DNA from: Abditibacteriaceae bacterium
Lineage (GTDB): Bacteria > Armatimonadota > Abditibacteriia > Abditibacteriales > Abditibacteriaceae
Assembly: GCA_965277285.1 (NCBI GenBank)
Contig: OZ255721.1
Coordinates: forward strand, 2,400,001 to 2,464,000
DNA length: 64,000 nt
Direction: 5' to 3'
Shown here: in pieces, positions 40,168 to 49,947 of the stretch
Layout: each line of letters opens with the position of its first letter
How positions within the stretch are numbered: the stretch's first letter is position 1
Made by a program: the position numbers and the translations under genes
Notes under the pieces: model-generated
What the model saw: only the letters and a program-made list of their open reading frames with translations
Database searches by the model: none
What the model was told of the DNA's origin: nothing

Positions 40168-41961
40168 ATGAACGGAGCGGAAGCACTTTTAGAAAGTTTG
40201 AAACGCGAAGGCGTCGATACCTTGTTCGGCATTTCGGGCGGCGCGATTTTGCCAATTTACGATGCGCTGGGCAAGCAACAGGACATCTGGAGCATTTTAA
40301 CGCGCCACGAACAAGGCGCCGGTCACATGGCCGAAGGTTACGCGCGCGCCACAGGCCGCGTCGGTTGCTGCATTGGCACATCCGGGCCGGGCGCGACAAA
40401 TCTTGTGACAGCGATCACCGATGCCTTTATGGATTCGACGCCGGTCGTTTTCTTGAGCGGACAAGTCGCCACGCCCAACATCGGCAAAGATGCTTTTCAG
40501 GAATGCGACACTTTTGGCATCACAATGCCGATTGTCAAGCATTCGTACATGATCAAGCGCACGGCGGACATTCCGCGCATCGTCAAGGAAGCGTTTTACA
40601 TCGCGCGCACTGGACGTCCCGGCCCGGTTCTTATCGACATTCCCAAAGACATCGGCGAAAATGAATTGGGACTTTTCCAATATCCCGAAAACGTCCATTT
40701 TCGCGGCTACAATCCCGAAATGCCCGCCGCCCACGAGCAAATCAAAGCCGCCGCGCAATTGATTGCGGACGCCAAACAACCCGTCCTTTATGTCGGCAAT
40801 GGCGTCAATCAGGCGGGCGCCGCCGATGACCTGATCGCGCTGGCCGAAAAGATTCAGGCGCCCGTCACGACGACACTTTTGGGGCGCGGCGCTTTTCCAG
40901 GCGGACACGCTCTCGCACTCGATATGTTGGGAATGCACGGCACGGCGTATGCGAACTGGGCGGTTCACGAAAGCGATTTGCTGATTGCATTGGGTGCTCG
41001 TTTCGATGACCGCGTGACCGGCAACCCGAGCAAATTCGCGCCGAACGCCAAAGTCATCCACGTCGATATTGACGCGGCGGAGTTGGGCAAAATCCGTTTC
41101 GCGCAGGTGCCGATTTTGGGCGACGTGAAAACCGTCATCAAGCAGTTGACCGAAGCGGTCGCGCCCAAGCAGCATCCCGAATGGGTGTCGCGCGTTCAGC
41201 AGTGGAAAAAAGACGCGCCGCTGACTTATGAAAAAACCGGCAAGCTGAAACCGCAATTTGTTTTGTCCGAGTTGCAAAAAGCAACCGAGGGCGAAGCGAT
41301 TATGACAACTGATGTCGGCCAGCATCAGATGTGGGCGGCGCAGTATTACAGCCCGAAACAGACGCGCAGCTTTATCACGTCCGGCGGTTTGGGCACGATG
41401 GGTTACGGTTATCCCGCCGCGATTGGCGCCAAAGTCGGCTGCATGGATCGGGAAGTCTGGTGCATTACGGGCGACGGCAGTTTCCAGATGAACATTCAAG
41501 AGTTGGCGACTGGCGTGCTGTATGACATTCCGGTGAAGATCGCCGTACTCAATAACAGCGCGTTGGGCATGGTGCGCCAGTGGCAGAAGTTATTTTATTC
41601 GCGGCGCTGGAGCGGCATCGATCTTTCCAAATGCCCCGACTTCGCCAAAGTCGCCGAAGCGTATAGCGCGACAGGAATTACCGTCACGGAAGCTGATGAA
41701 GTGGCGGACGCGATTCGGGAAGCGCGCAAAAATCCGGGCACGGTCGTGTTAAATTTTATGACCGATACGGAAGAAGACGTGTACCCGATGATTCCGGGCG
41801 GCAAAACCATCCACGACATGGTGATGGATGGCAGCGGCAAGCCGGTTCCAGTCGGTGGTTTTTCCAGCGAAGACATGGAAGAAATTCTGGAAACCGCGAC
41901 CGCCAGCGATTACGCCGGCGAGTGGAACGACGATCTGCGCAGCGGCGAACGCAAGATTTGA
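40168..41961 (+). CDS. ilvB: Acetolactate synthase large subunit (biosynthetic)
   Basis: RHEQGAGHMAEGYAR, TSGPGATN, GMHG, DVGQHQMW, GDGSFQMN, GMVRQWQ. Confidence 0.96.
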   Translation: MNGAEALLESLKREGVDTLFGISGGAILPIYDALGKQQDIWSILTRHEQGAGHMAEGYARATGRVGCCIGTSGPGATNLVTAITDAFMDSTPVVFLSGQVATPNIGKDAFQECDTFGITMPIVKHSYMIKRTADIPRIVKEAFYIARTGRPGPVLIDIPKDIGENELGLFQYPENVHFRGYNPEMPAAHEQIKAAAQLIADAKQPVLYVGNGVNQAGAADDLIALAEKIQAPVTTTLLGRGAFPGGHALALDMLGMHGTAYANWAVHESDLLIALGARFDDRVTGNPSKFAPNAKVIHVDIDAAELGKIRFAQVPILGDVKTVIKQLTEAVAPKQHPEWVSRVQQWKKDAPLTYEKTGKLKPQFVLSELQKATEGEAIMTTDVGQHQMWAAQYYSPKQTRSFITSGGLGTMGYGYPAAIGAKVGCMDREVWCITGDGSFQMNIQELATGVLYDIPVKIAVLNNSALGMVRQWQKLFYSRRWSGIDLSKCPDFAKVAEAYSATGITVTEADEVADAIREARKNPGTVVLNFMTDTEEDVYPMIPGGKTIHDMVMDGSGKPVPVGGFSSEDMEEILETATASDYAGEWNDDLRSGERKI

Positions 41962-41969
41962 GAAAATGA

Positions 41970-42088
41970 ACACGGATTTCATAGACGGATCGGACGGATG
42001 AACACAGATTTTTGAGATGTTGGGGCGCAGCATGCTGCGCCCCAACGATGACTTCCTTTTCTGATTTGTAGAACCGTTCAATCTGTGT
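41970..42088. repeat. Nested repeat: ACACGGAT/ACACAGAT...ATCTGTGT arms around a family-A REP
   Basis: Inner GTTGGGGCGCAGCATGCTGCGCCCCAAC at 42019-42046 is a perfect 28-bp palindrome. Confidence 0.7.
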
Positions 42089-42107
42089 CCAAATATCGAG
42101 TACTCGA

Positions 42108-42368
42108 ATGCGAACCCTCAAATTCATCGGCGCGGGCGTCTTTGCGCTGTTTACCCTTGGCACGATTTTGACATTGCTGGGGACCATTTTGTTGGTGGCG
42201 AGTGGTGCCAGCAGTTCTTACATGATGGGGCGTTTATGTGGCGGTATGTTTGGCGTAATTTTGTGGAGTGTCTTGTCGTACGCTTGTTGGAAAAGCGCGA
42301 CCAAGCCGCAGCAAACCAACGACAGATTGGTTCCGCCGTTGCCAGGAGTGCCGCCAGATAAACGTTAA
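42108..42368 (+). CDS. Small two-TM hypothetical protein (paralog 1)
   Basis: MRTLKFIGAGVFALF; similar to the next ORF. Confidence 0.65.
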   Translation: MRTLKFIGAGVFALFTLGTILTLLGTILLVASGASSSYMMGRLCGGMFGVILWSVLSYACWKSATKPQQTNDRLVPPLPGVPPDKR

Positions 42369-42389
42369 TCACATTCGAGTACTCGAATT

Positions 42390-42617
42390 ATGCAAACTCT
42401 CAAATACATTGGCGCGTGCGTATTTGCTTTGCTGGCAGTCTTTTCTTTATGTGGCTTGGCCGAACTCGTCTTGCTCAAAGCGCTGCATTTGACCAACGCC
42501 GCACCGCCAGCGCGCGAAGTTGTGACCAATCTGGTATTGACGCTCTTATTCGCGGTTTTGGCTACAGCACTTTCAGTAAGCGCCTCGAAACACAAAACGC
42601 CAGAGCAATTGAAGTAA
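42390..42617 (+). CDS. Small two-TM hypothetical protein (paralog 2)
   Basis: MQTLKYIGACVFALL; similar to the previous ORF. Confidence 0.6.
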   Translation: MQTLKYIGACVFALLAVFSLCGLAELVLLKALHLTNAAPPAREVVTNLVLTLLFAVLATALSVSASKHKTPEQLK

Positions 42618-42656
42618 GCAATTTCTCTCAAAGCAGCTGTTGTAAAAGGTGAAAAA

Positions 42657-43286
42657 ATGAATGGACAAAATGGAAACGGAAGCCTGATCGCGTCCAATGT
42701 GACGCCGCAGGCCGACGGTTTATTGATGGAAAACGGCGTGCCGACGATTGTCTCGAGCGGCATTTCCGACGCGGGCGTCAACGTGATGGACGGTTCGCAG
42801 CCGTTGCACACGATTTCGATTCTGGTCGAAAACCGGCCTGGCGTTTTGGCGCGCGTGTCGCACGTTTTCGCGCGTCGCGGCTTCAACCTGGAAAGCCTGG
42901 CGGTTTCTCGCACCGAAGACCCGACGGTTTCGCGCATGACGATTGTTGTCGCGGGCAACGACGAAGCCTTCACCCAAATCGGCAAGCAATTGTTCAAGCT
43001 GATCGATGTCATCAAAGTCATCGACCACACGCGCGACGATTTGGTCAGCCGCGAACTGGCGTTAATCAAAGTCGCCGCCAATTCGAGTACTCGAACTGAA
43101 ATCATTCAAATCGCGCAAGCGTTCAAGGCGAAGTTGGTGGACATCGAAGAAGACAGCATTATCGTCGAAGTGACTGGCAAAGAAGCCAAGGTCGATGGCA
43201 TGCAAAAAATGCTCGAACGTTTCGGCATTTTGGAACTGGTACGAACGGGCAAAATTGTCCTCGTGCGCGGCCCGAAACAAACGTAA
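42657..43286 (+). CDS. ilvN: Acetolactate synthase small (regulatory) subunit
   Basis: HTISILVENRPGVLARV...RRGFNLESL, RELALIKV, ELVRTG. Confidence 0.95.
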   Translation: MNGQNGNGSLIASNVTPQADGLLMENGVPTIVSSGISDAGVNVMDGSQPLHTISILVENRPGVLARVSHVFARRGFNLESLAVSRTEDPTVSRMTIVVAGNDEAFTQIGKQLFKLIDVIKVIDHTRDDLVSRELALIKVAANSSTRTEIIQIAQAFKAKLVDIEEDSIIVEVTGKEAKVDGMQKMLERFGILELVRTGKIVLVRGPKQT

Positions 43287-43288
43287 TA

Positions 43289-43517
43289 CACCGCAGAAAG
43301 CGCAGAGTTCGCTGAGGAAAAGAGCCTAAAGAATCATCACAAAAGTTCGTCATTCTGAGAGTAGAGAAGAATCTAACTTCAATCAGATTCCTCTTTGCGC
43401 TCAGAATGACAGACTGCGAGTTTGAAGGCTTTTTTGCTTTCTCTACGCACTCGCAGAATAACGGCAAAGTGTAGGTTTCGAGTACTCGATTCTTTTTCTC
43501 TTCGCGTTCTTCGCGGT
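43289..43517. repeat. Nested composite repeat (outer CACCGCAGA arms, inner GTCATTCTGAG hairpin), degenerate copy
   Basis: Inner arms 43349-43374 and 43385-43410 with a 10-nt loop; 12-bp palindrome at 43478. Confidence 0.75.
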
Positions 43518-43528
43518 TCAATTTTCCG

Positions 43529-44347
43529 ATGAACGTTCTTGAATTCAAAGACGCGACGATCAAGTTCGGTGGTTTGACAGCCGTCGCGCCGCTGTCGTTC
43601 GCCATTCCGCGCGGGCAGATGGCGGCTGTCATCGGGCCAAACGGCGCCGGAAAAACCACGGTTTTCAACCTGATTACCGGCGTTTATCCGCCGACTGAGG
43701 GCGAGATCTGGTTTGAAGAGGTGCGCGTGGCGAGCGCGAACAAAGCTTTGGCGCCGCACGCTTTGTGTCGTCGTGGTATCGCGCGCACTTTTCAAAACAT
43801 TCGCTTGTTCGGCGACTTGAGCGTGGAAGACAACGTGCGTTGCGCCTTTGCCGGACGCGCCGGTTATGGTTTGATGAGTGCTTTAGGACGCACTTCGCGT
43901 CAAGCAAGACAGGAAAACTGGATCGCACAGGAAACAGCCGATTTGCTGCAAATTTTTGGGTTGCAATCGCGCAATCGAGTACTCGCGCGCAACCTGCCGT
44001 ATGGCGATCAGCGCCGTCTGGAAATCGCGCGCGCTCTGGCAACGCAGCCCAAATTGCTCTTGCTGGACGAACCGACGAGCGGCATGAACCCGACCGAGAC
44101 CGAAGAAGTGACGCAACTTATCGTGCAAGTTCGTAAGCAGTTCGACCTGACAGTTTTGCTGATCGAGCATCACATGAGCTTGGTGATGGGCATCTGCGAG
44201 CGCGTCATTGTGCTGGATGGCGGCGTCAAAATCGCCGATGACGTGCCGCGCGCTGTTCAAAATAATCCGCATGTCGTCGCCGCCTACCTGGGCGAACCCG
44301 ACGCTGCGGTTGACGAAGCCGTCGAAGCCGGAGAAGCCCTCGCGTGA
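43529..44347 (+). CDS. livG: Branched-chain amino acid ABC transporter ATPase
   Basis: GPNGAGKTT, GIARTFQNIRLF, LPYGDQRRLEIARAL, IEHHM. Confidence 0.9.
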   Translation: MNVLEFKDATIKFGGLTAVAPLSFAIPRGQMAAVIGPNGAGKTTVFNLITGVYPPTEGEIWFEEVRVASANKALAPHALCRRGIARTFQNIRLFGDLSVEDNVRCAFAGRAGYGLMSALGRTSRQARQENWIAQETADLLQIFGLQSRNRVLARNLPYGDQRRLEIARALATQPKLLLLDEPTSGMNPTETEEVTQLIVQVRKQFDLTVLLIEHHMSLVMGICERVIVLDGGVKIADDVPRAVQNNPHVVAAYLGEPDAAVDEAVEAGEALA

Positions 44348-44427
44348 AAAAGTGATCAGGGGCCAGAAAAAACCCTCACGCTCCGTATTTCCGACCAATG
44401 CCCTCCGGCCACTGACCACTTCCTCTT

Positions 44428-45201
44428 ATGCACATCGAGTTTTTAGGGACAGCGGGTTATCATCCGAACCGGACGCGCCACACGAGTTGCGTTTTTTTGC
44501 CCGATGCTGCGCCCGATTGCGCCTTTTTACTGGATGCGGGCAGCGGCATATTTCGCTTGATCGGGCGCGATTTGCCGCCGAAGTTGCATATTTTTCTGTC
44601 GCACGCACACTTGGATCACACGCAGGGCTTGACGTTTTTGCTCGATGTGCTTTATGGGCAAATCACTCAGGTCACGCTTCATGCGACGGCGCCCGTTTTG
44701 GAAGCCGTTCGACACCATTTGTTCGCGGCGCCCCTATTTCCAGTGCCCTTTGAACAACGAACACACCTGATCGAACACGGCACGGAGTTCTGGGTCGAAG
44801 GCGTGCAAATACAAACTTTTTCTCTCACGCATCCCGGCGGCTCGACCGGTTTTCGCTTCGATTGGCCGGCTTCGAGCACTTATTCGAGTACTCGAAAAGC
44901 CGCGTCGTTAGCTTACGTTACAGATACGGCGGGCGATGGCCTTTATCTCGATTCCATTCAAAATTTGGACGTATTGATTCACGAGCGCAATTTTTCAGAT
45001 GCCTTGCCCGAACTCGCCGTGGCGTCCGGTCATTGCACGTCCAGCGATGTCGCCAAAGTCGCGCAAGAAGTGCGTCCGCGCCAATTGGTTTTGACGCATT
45101 TCAATCCACTTCCAACCAACGATCCCGCCGAAGAAGACGATTTGGCGCAGCAATTTCCCACTGCGATTTTCGCGCGCGACGAACAAGTCGTGACGTTCTA
45201 A
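44428..45201 (+). CDS. MBL-fold metallo-hydrolase, RNase Z-like
   Basis: FLGTAG, SHAHLDH, YVTDT, GHCT, LTHF. Confidence 0.85.
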   Translation: MHIEFLGTAGYHPNRTRHTSCVFLPDAAPDCAFLLDAGSGIFRLIGRDLPPKLHIFLSHAHLDHTQGLTFLLDVLYGQITQVTLHATAPVLEAVRHHLFAAPLFPVPFEQRTHLIEHGTEFWVEGVQIQTFSLTHPGGSTGFRFDWPASSTYSSTRKAASLAYVTDTAGDGLYLDSIQNLDVLIHERNFSDALPELAVASGHCTSSDVAKVAQEVRPRQLVLTHFNPLPTNDPAEEDDLAQQFPTAIFARDEQVVTF

Positions 45202-45315
45202 CCAGCGAATAAATTCGCCGCCAGAGAAAAGTGTCGAGCTAAACCCGACACAGATTCGATCTTGGTGTGTCAATGCAGGTTGGCTTGGTTTGCTGGCGGC
45301 GAATTCATTCGCTGG
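45202..45315. repeat. Inverted repeat pair (23-bp arms, one mismatch)
   Basis: CCAGCGAATAAATTCGCCGCCAG ... CTGGCGGCGAATTCATTCGCTGG. Confidence 0.75.
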
Positions 45316-45357
45316 GAACTTGCGCCGCGCGTTCGAGTACTCGATACTTCGCGCCAC

Positions 45358-45876
45358 ATGAACCAGCAAAACATCGAACAGAAAAACACGCGCGCCGCTA
45401 TTTATCCCGGCACCTTCGACCCTGTGACGAGCGGCCATATGGATATTTTGCGCGAAGCCGCCGCTTTGTTCGCCCGCGTCACGGTCGCGGTCGGGCGCAA
45501 TCCGGGCAAAGTGCCGCTTTTTTCACCCGAAGAACGCGTCGAAATGCTGCAACGCGCCGTCCAAAACGAAGGCTGGAACAACGTCGAAGTCGGCTCGTTC
45601 GAGGGCTTGACCGTCGATTTCGCCAAGTCGTGCGGCGCTTCTTACATCGTGCGCGGCTTGCGCGCCGTGACCGATTTCGAGGCCGAATTCGCGCTCGTGC
45701 TGGGCAACGAACAACTTGACGCGAAGATCAAAACCATTTTCGTGATGCCTTCGCAACGTCACATTTACCTCAGTTCGAGCATCGTGCGCCAGGCGGCGGA
45801 ACTGGGGCGACGCGTTATTCCGGGCAGCGTGCCGCAAGCGGTCGAAGAAAAGTTAAGAGACAAATTCGGGTTTTGA
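45358..45876 (+). CDS. coaD: Pantetheine-phosphate adenylyltransferase
   Basis: AIYPGTFDPVTSGH, RGLRAVTDFEAE, LSSSIVR. Confidence 0.95.
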   Translation: MNQQNIEQKNTRAAIYPGTFDPVTSGHMDILREAAALFARVTVAVGRNPGKVPLFSPEERVEMLQRAVQNEGWNNVEVGSFEGLTVDFAKSCGASYIVRGLRAVTDFEAEFALVLGNEQLDAKIKTIFVMPSQRHIYLSSSIVRQAAELGRRVIPGSVPQAVEEKLRDKFGF

Positions 45877-45969
45877 TCTGTCATCAAAAGTCCTCAAAGG
45901 GCAGCTTTTCCGCTTCGTTCAGAAAGACAAATTGCTTTAGTATCGAGTACTTGATTTGCTTTTAGAATT

Positions 45970-46674
45970 ATGCTTTCCATCCAAAACCTCAACGTTTACT
46001 ACGGCGTGATTCACGCGTTGCACGACCTTTCGCTCGAAGTGAATCAAGGCGAAATCGTCACTTTAATCGGCTCCAACGGCGCCGGAAAATCGACGACATT
46101 ACTGGCGCTCTCAGGATTATTGGCGCCGCAATCGGGCACCATCTCCTTCCGCGACAAAGACCTAAAAGGCGTGTCAGCACACGCGCGCGTGCAAAACGGA
46201 CTGGTGCAAGTTCCCGAAGGACGCCGCGTTTTTCCGCAGATGAGCGTGCAGGAAAACCTTGGCTTGGGCGCTTATGCGCGAAAAGACAAAGCGCAGATTC
46301 AAAAAGATTTGGACGAAGTGTGCGACCTTTTTCCGCGCCTGCGCGAACGCTGGAAGCAACTGGCCGGCACGATGTCGGGCGGCGAACAACAAATGCTGGC
46401 CGTCGGGCGAGCCATGATGAGCCGCCCGCAACTTTTGCTGCTCGATGAACCTTCGCTGGGATTGGCGCCGCTTCTGGTCAAAGAAATCTTCAACGTCGTG
46501 CAACGCATCCGCGAGCGCGGCGTGACGATTTTGCTGGTCGAACAAAACGCGCATCTTTCGCTGGCGATTGCCGACCGCGCTTACGTTTTGGAAACAGGCC
46601 GCGTCGTGATGAGCGGCGACGCCAAAACTCTGGCCCGCGACCCGCGCATCAAAGCCGCTTATTTAGGCGCGTGA
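45970..46674 (+). CDS. livF: Branched-chain amino acid ABC transporter ATPase
   Basis: GSNGAGKST, VPEGRRVF, MSGGEQQML, DEPSLGLAP, VEQNA. Confidence 0.93.
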   Translation: MLSIQNLNVYYGVIHALHDLSLEVNQGEIVTLIGSNGAGKSTTLLALSGLLAPQSGTISFRDKDLKGVSAHARVQNGLVQVPEGRRVFPQMSVQENLGLGAYARKDKAQIQKDLDEVCDLFPRLRERWKQLAGTMSGGEQQMLAVGRAMMSRPQLLLLDEPSLGLAPLLVKEIFNVVQRIRERGVTILLVEQNAHLSLAIADRAYVLETGRVVMSGDAKTLARDPRIKAAYLGA

Positions 46675-46703
46675 CTTTTTAATATCGAGTACTCGAATCC
46701 ATT

Positions 46704-47858
46704 ATGAGCGGCAAAATATTTGTGGTACAAGGCGATGAAAGTTTGCGCAGTTTGAGCGAGCAGGATTTCGATACGGAAGACGATTTCCAAACGCTGCTGG
46801 AAAAATATCCCGACCTCATTCCTGGCGAGCAGATCGACGAGATGGCGCCGCGCCGCTGGCTTCTGGTGTCGCGCGAATATGGCGTTCCCGACGAAGAAAA
46901 CGCGGCGGATCGTTGGTCGCTCGATCATCTTTTCCTCGACCAGGACGGCGTTCCGACTCTGGTCGAAGTGAAACGTCGCAGCGATGCGCGCCTGACCAAC
47001 GCGCGCCGCGAAGTCGTCGGGCAAATGCTCGATTACGCCGCCAACGCCGTCGTTTATTGGCCTGTTGAAACGATGCGCGCTCGCTTTGAAGCCGGTTGCG
47101 TGGCGCGCGGCGAAGATGCGAGCGAAAAACTGTCAGCTTTTCTCGAAACTTCGGACGAAAGCGCCATCGAGCAATTCTGGCAAAACGTCAAAGTCAATCT
47201 GGCCGCGTCGAAGTTGCGCTTGCTTTTCGTCGCCGATTTTATTCCGCCCGAATTGCGTCGCATCGTCGATTTTCTCAACGCGAACATGAGTTCGGTCGAA
47301 GTTTTGGCGGTTGAAATCAAGCATTTCGTGGGCACAGATGCCAATGGCGCGATGTTGCGAACTTTGGTGCCGCGCGTTTTCGGCCAGACAGCGCAGGCTG
47401 AAATCAAGAAAACGTCATCGAGTCCTCGAAACTTGAAATGGAGCCAAGAAAAGTTTTTGGAATACGTCTTAAACAAGTTTGATAATCAAACTTGTAAAGT
47501 CGTAAGTGCAATTCTTGACTGGATCGAACGTAAAGGATTGACAATTTCTTGGGGCGCTTCAATCAATGGTTCGTTCTCTCCTCAAATACATAATGAGCGC
47601 GGCAGACACCGTTTGTTTTTTGTTTACGGTGGATTTGGAAAAATCGAATTTGCGCTCGACTACATGAAAGACGAACCGCCGTTTGACAATGCCGAACTGT
47701 TGGAGGAATGGCGCTTGCGCTTAAAACAAGTGTTTGGAAACCAGATTGATACAACGCGAAAGTTTCCAGGATATAGTCTTCAACTACTCGCAGACGAACA
47801 AAAACTTCAACAACTCCTTGCCGCGCTCGATTGGGCGCTCGAACAAATCCGAAAATGA
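46704..47858 (+). CDS. Putative PD-(D/E)XK (NucS-like) nuclease-domain protein with divergent C-terminal domain
   Basis: SLDHLFLDQDGVPTLVEVKR...RREVVGQMLDYA motif. Confidence 0.65.
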   Translation: MSGKIFVVQGDESLRSLSEQDFDTEDDFQTLLEKYPDLIPGEQIDEMAPRRWLLVSREYGVPDEENAADRWSLDHLFLDQDGVPTLVEVKRRSDARLTNARREVVGQMLDYAANAVVYWPVETMRARFEAGCVARGEDASEKLSAFLETSDESAIEQFWQNVKVNLAASKLRLLFVADFIPPELRRIVDFLNANMSSVEVLAVEIKHFVGTDANGAMLRTLVPRVFGQTAQAEIKKTSSSPRNLKWSQEKFLEYVLNKFDNQTCKVVSAILDWIERKGLTISWGASINGSFSPQIHNERGRHRLFFVYGGFGKIEFALDYMKDEPPFDNAELLEEWRLRLKQVFGNQIDTTRKFPGYSLQLLADEQKLQQLLAALDWALEQIRK

Positions 47859-47947
47859 CCACCCAAATTGCGTATCTGGATACGTAGATTCAATATCGAG
47901 TACTCGAAATAATTCCTTCCACTGAATTCCGTGCCTTATTTGACACA

Positions 47948-48775
47948 TTGCAAAACGGCAAAACTCAAGAGGAGCGACGCCAGGAACTTTTCGCCTGGTT
48001 GCGCGATCATGCTTCGATGATGCAATCGTTGGAGCAGTTCCGTCACATTTCAAAAAACAATTTTTCGATTGAAAACGAGGCGTCGTGGACGTTTTATGCG
48101 GCCAGTCGCGTCAACGACATTTTGCTGTTGCCGTTGCAAACTCTTGAAAACGAACGTGATTTCCTGGCTTTGTCACGCGAAGACTACGAAGAGTTCTGGC
48201 GGACTTTGGGTTTTGAAGTTTTTGAGCCACAGCATTTTCACCCTTTCGAGTGCGAGATTTTTGCGGTTGAAGCAGCCGACGACGCGAACTTTTCGCCGCA
48301 AATCGAGCGCGTCGTGTGGCCTGGCGCGAAGTTCGGCGATTTGATGTTCGCGCGCGCCGGGGTTGTCGTGAAAAGCGGCGCGAACTTTCTCGATGCGAAA
48401 ATCGCCGCAACGTCCATGTTATATGACGTGTTCTGGCGTTTGCATCGCCGAACAGAAGACCTTTCGATGGGCTGGGGCAGCAATTCTCAATGGAGGACGG
48501 CTTTCCGGCGCGATTACGTTTACAACGATCATTTTCTGTTCAACGTCGATGGCGAACCAGGTTTCAAGCAACCGTCGTTTTTGCAAAGTCTCGATTGGAA
48601 CGATTTGCCGGAACGTCAGTTTTTTGCGTCGCAAAAAGGCGACAATGACGACTTGACAACCGAAGAACGCGAGGAACTTTTGACCTATCGCGGCTTTGTC
48701 AAATGCCCGAAAAGTGACGCCGATTTGTGGCCGTATGACGATTGCCTGATCGTTCGCCGCGACGCGCCGTTGTGA
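47948..48775 (+). CDS. Hypothetical protein
   Basis: 275-aa ORF co-oriented with its neighbours; DLSMGWGSNSQWRTAFRRDY segment looks conserved, family not recognised. Confidence 0.65.
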   Translation: MQNGKTQEERRQELFAWLRDHASMMQSLEQFRHISKNNFSIENEASWTFYAASRVNDILLLPLQTLENERDFLALSREDYEEFWRTLGFEVFEPQHFHPFECEIFAVEAADDANFSPQIERVVWPGAKFGDLMFARAGVVVKSGANFLDAKIAATSMLYDVFWRLHRRTEDLSMGWGSNSQWRTAFRRDYVYNDHFLFNVDGEPGFKQPSFLQSLDWNDLPERQFFASQKGDNDDLTTEEREELLTYRGFVKCPKSDADLWPYDDCLIVRRDAPL

Positions 48776-48789
48776 TAAACACTTCTCCT

Positions 48790-49611
48790 ATGATTCAAAT
48801 CGCCAATTACACTGTCGGAAAACATCAACCTTTGCTGCTGATCGCTGGGCCGTGCGTCATCGAAAGCGCCGAGCTATGTCACCAAGTCGCGGCGCAGATG
48901 AGAACTTTGTGCGCGGAACGCGGCATCAATTATGTGTTCAAAGCCAGTTTCGACAAAGCCAATCGCACTTCGATTCATTCTTATCGTGGGCCGGGCATCG
49001 ACCAAGGCTTGGAAATCTTGCAACAAATCAAGATCAAGTACTCGATTCCGGTTTTGACCGATATTCACGAAAGCGCGCAATGCGACCAAGTCGCAAATGT
49101 CTGCGATGTGTTGCAGATTCCCGCATTTTTGTGTCGTCAAACCGATTTGTTAATCGCGGCAGCGGAAGCCGTGAACAAGTATGGCGGCGCGGTCAATATC
49201 AAAAAAGGGCAGTTTCTGGCGCCCGAAGACACCAAAAATATCGTGGCGAAAATGCGGGAAGCCGGTTGCGAAAACGTTATGTTGACCGAGCGCGGCACGA
49301 CTTTCGGCTACAACAATCTGGTGGTTGACTTTCGCGGAATCGAAACGATGCGGCAGTTCGCGCCGGTCTGTTTCGATGCGACGCACAGCGTTCAAAAGCC
49401 CGGTGGCAGCGGAACCGTCAGCGGTGGCGACCGACGTTTCGTGCCGCTCTTGACGCGCGCGGCAATGGCGGTCGGCGTCGATGCCTTGTTCGTGGAAACG
49501 CACCCAAACCCGGACGAAGCCAAAAGCGACGGCCCGAACATGGTTCCGTTAAGTGAAATGGCCGCGCTTTTGGACAGTGCATTGGCGATTCGCGCCGCGA
49601 ATGGGGAATAA
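48790..49611 (+). CDS. kdsA: KDO8P synthase
   Basis: IAGPCVIES, KASFDKANRTS, QIPAFLCRQTDL, KKGQF, DATHSVQ. Confidence 0.96.
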   Translation: MIQIANYTVGKHQPLLLIAGPCVIESAELCHQVAAQMRTLCAERGINYVFKASFDKANRTSIHSYRGPGIDQGLEILQQIKIKYSIPVLTDIHESAQCDQVANVCDVLQIPAFLCRQTDLLIAAAEAVNKYGGAVNIKKGQFLAPEDTKNIVAKMREAGCENVMLTERGTTFGYNNLVVDFRGIETMRQFAPVCFDATHSVQKPGGSGTVSGGDRRFVPLLTRAAMAVGVDALFVETHPNPDEAKSDGPNMVPLSEMAALLDSALAIRAANGE

Positions 49612-49947
49612 CTCTTTCGAGTACTCGAATATCGCGGGACACTACTTGCCAGATAATCAATTGGGGCTAAAAGTCGACTGCAAACCTCGCCATTGTTAAA
49701 CACGATTTCACAAACTGCAATGCGCCGCAGTGTAAAGTTCTTGACACATTCGCGTTGCGTGCCACGATGCTGTTATAATTGCTTCGATTAGGTTTGGTCA
49801 AGATGTTTCAGGAGAGAAACAAAACTGAAACGTCCTTGAGTTAGCATTCATCGCGTGGGTTTGAATTTGAAGGCCGCACGAATCCGCACGAAATCGGCAT
49901 TTTTGGAAAGCGGCCTGGTTGCGCATTCCTGTTTTCATCGTAGCTTT

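Noticed and set aside
40297..41499. 400-aa minus-strand ORF
   Set aside because: Antisense to ilvB.
49741..49779. TTGACA...TATAAT promoter upstream of the VanW gene
   Set aside because: The 27-nt spacing is too long. An extended -10 (TGTTATAAT) is possible but not supported enough to list.
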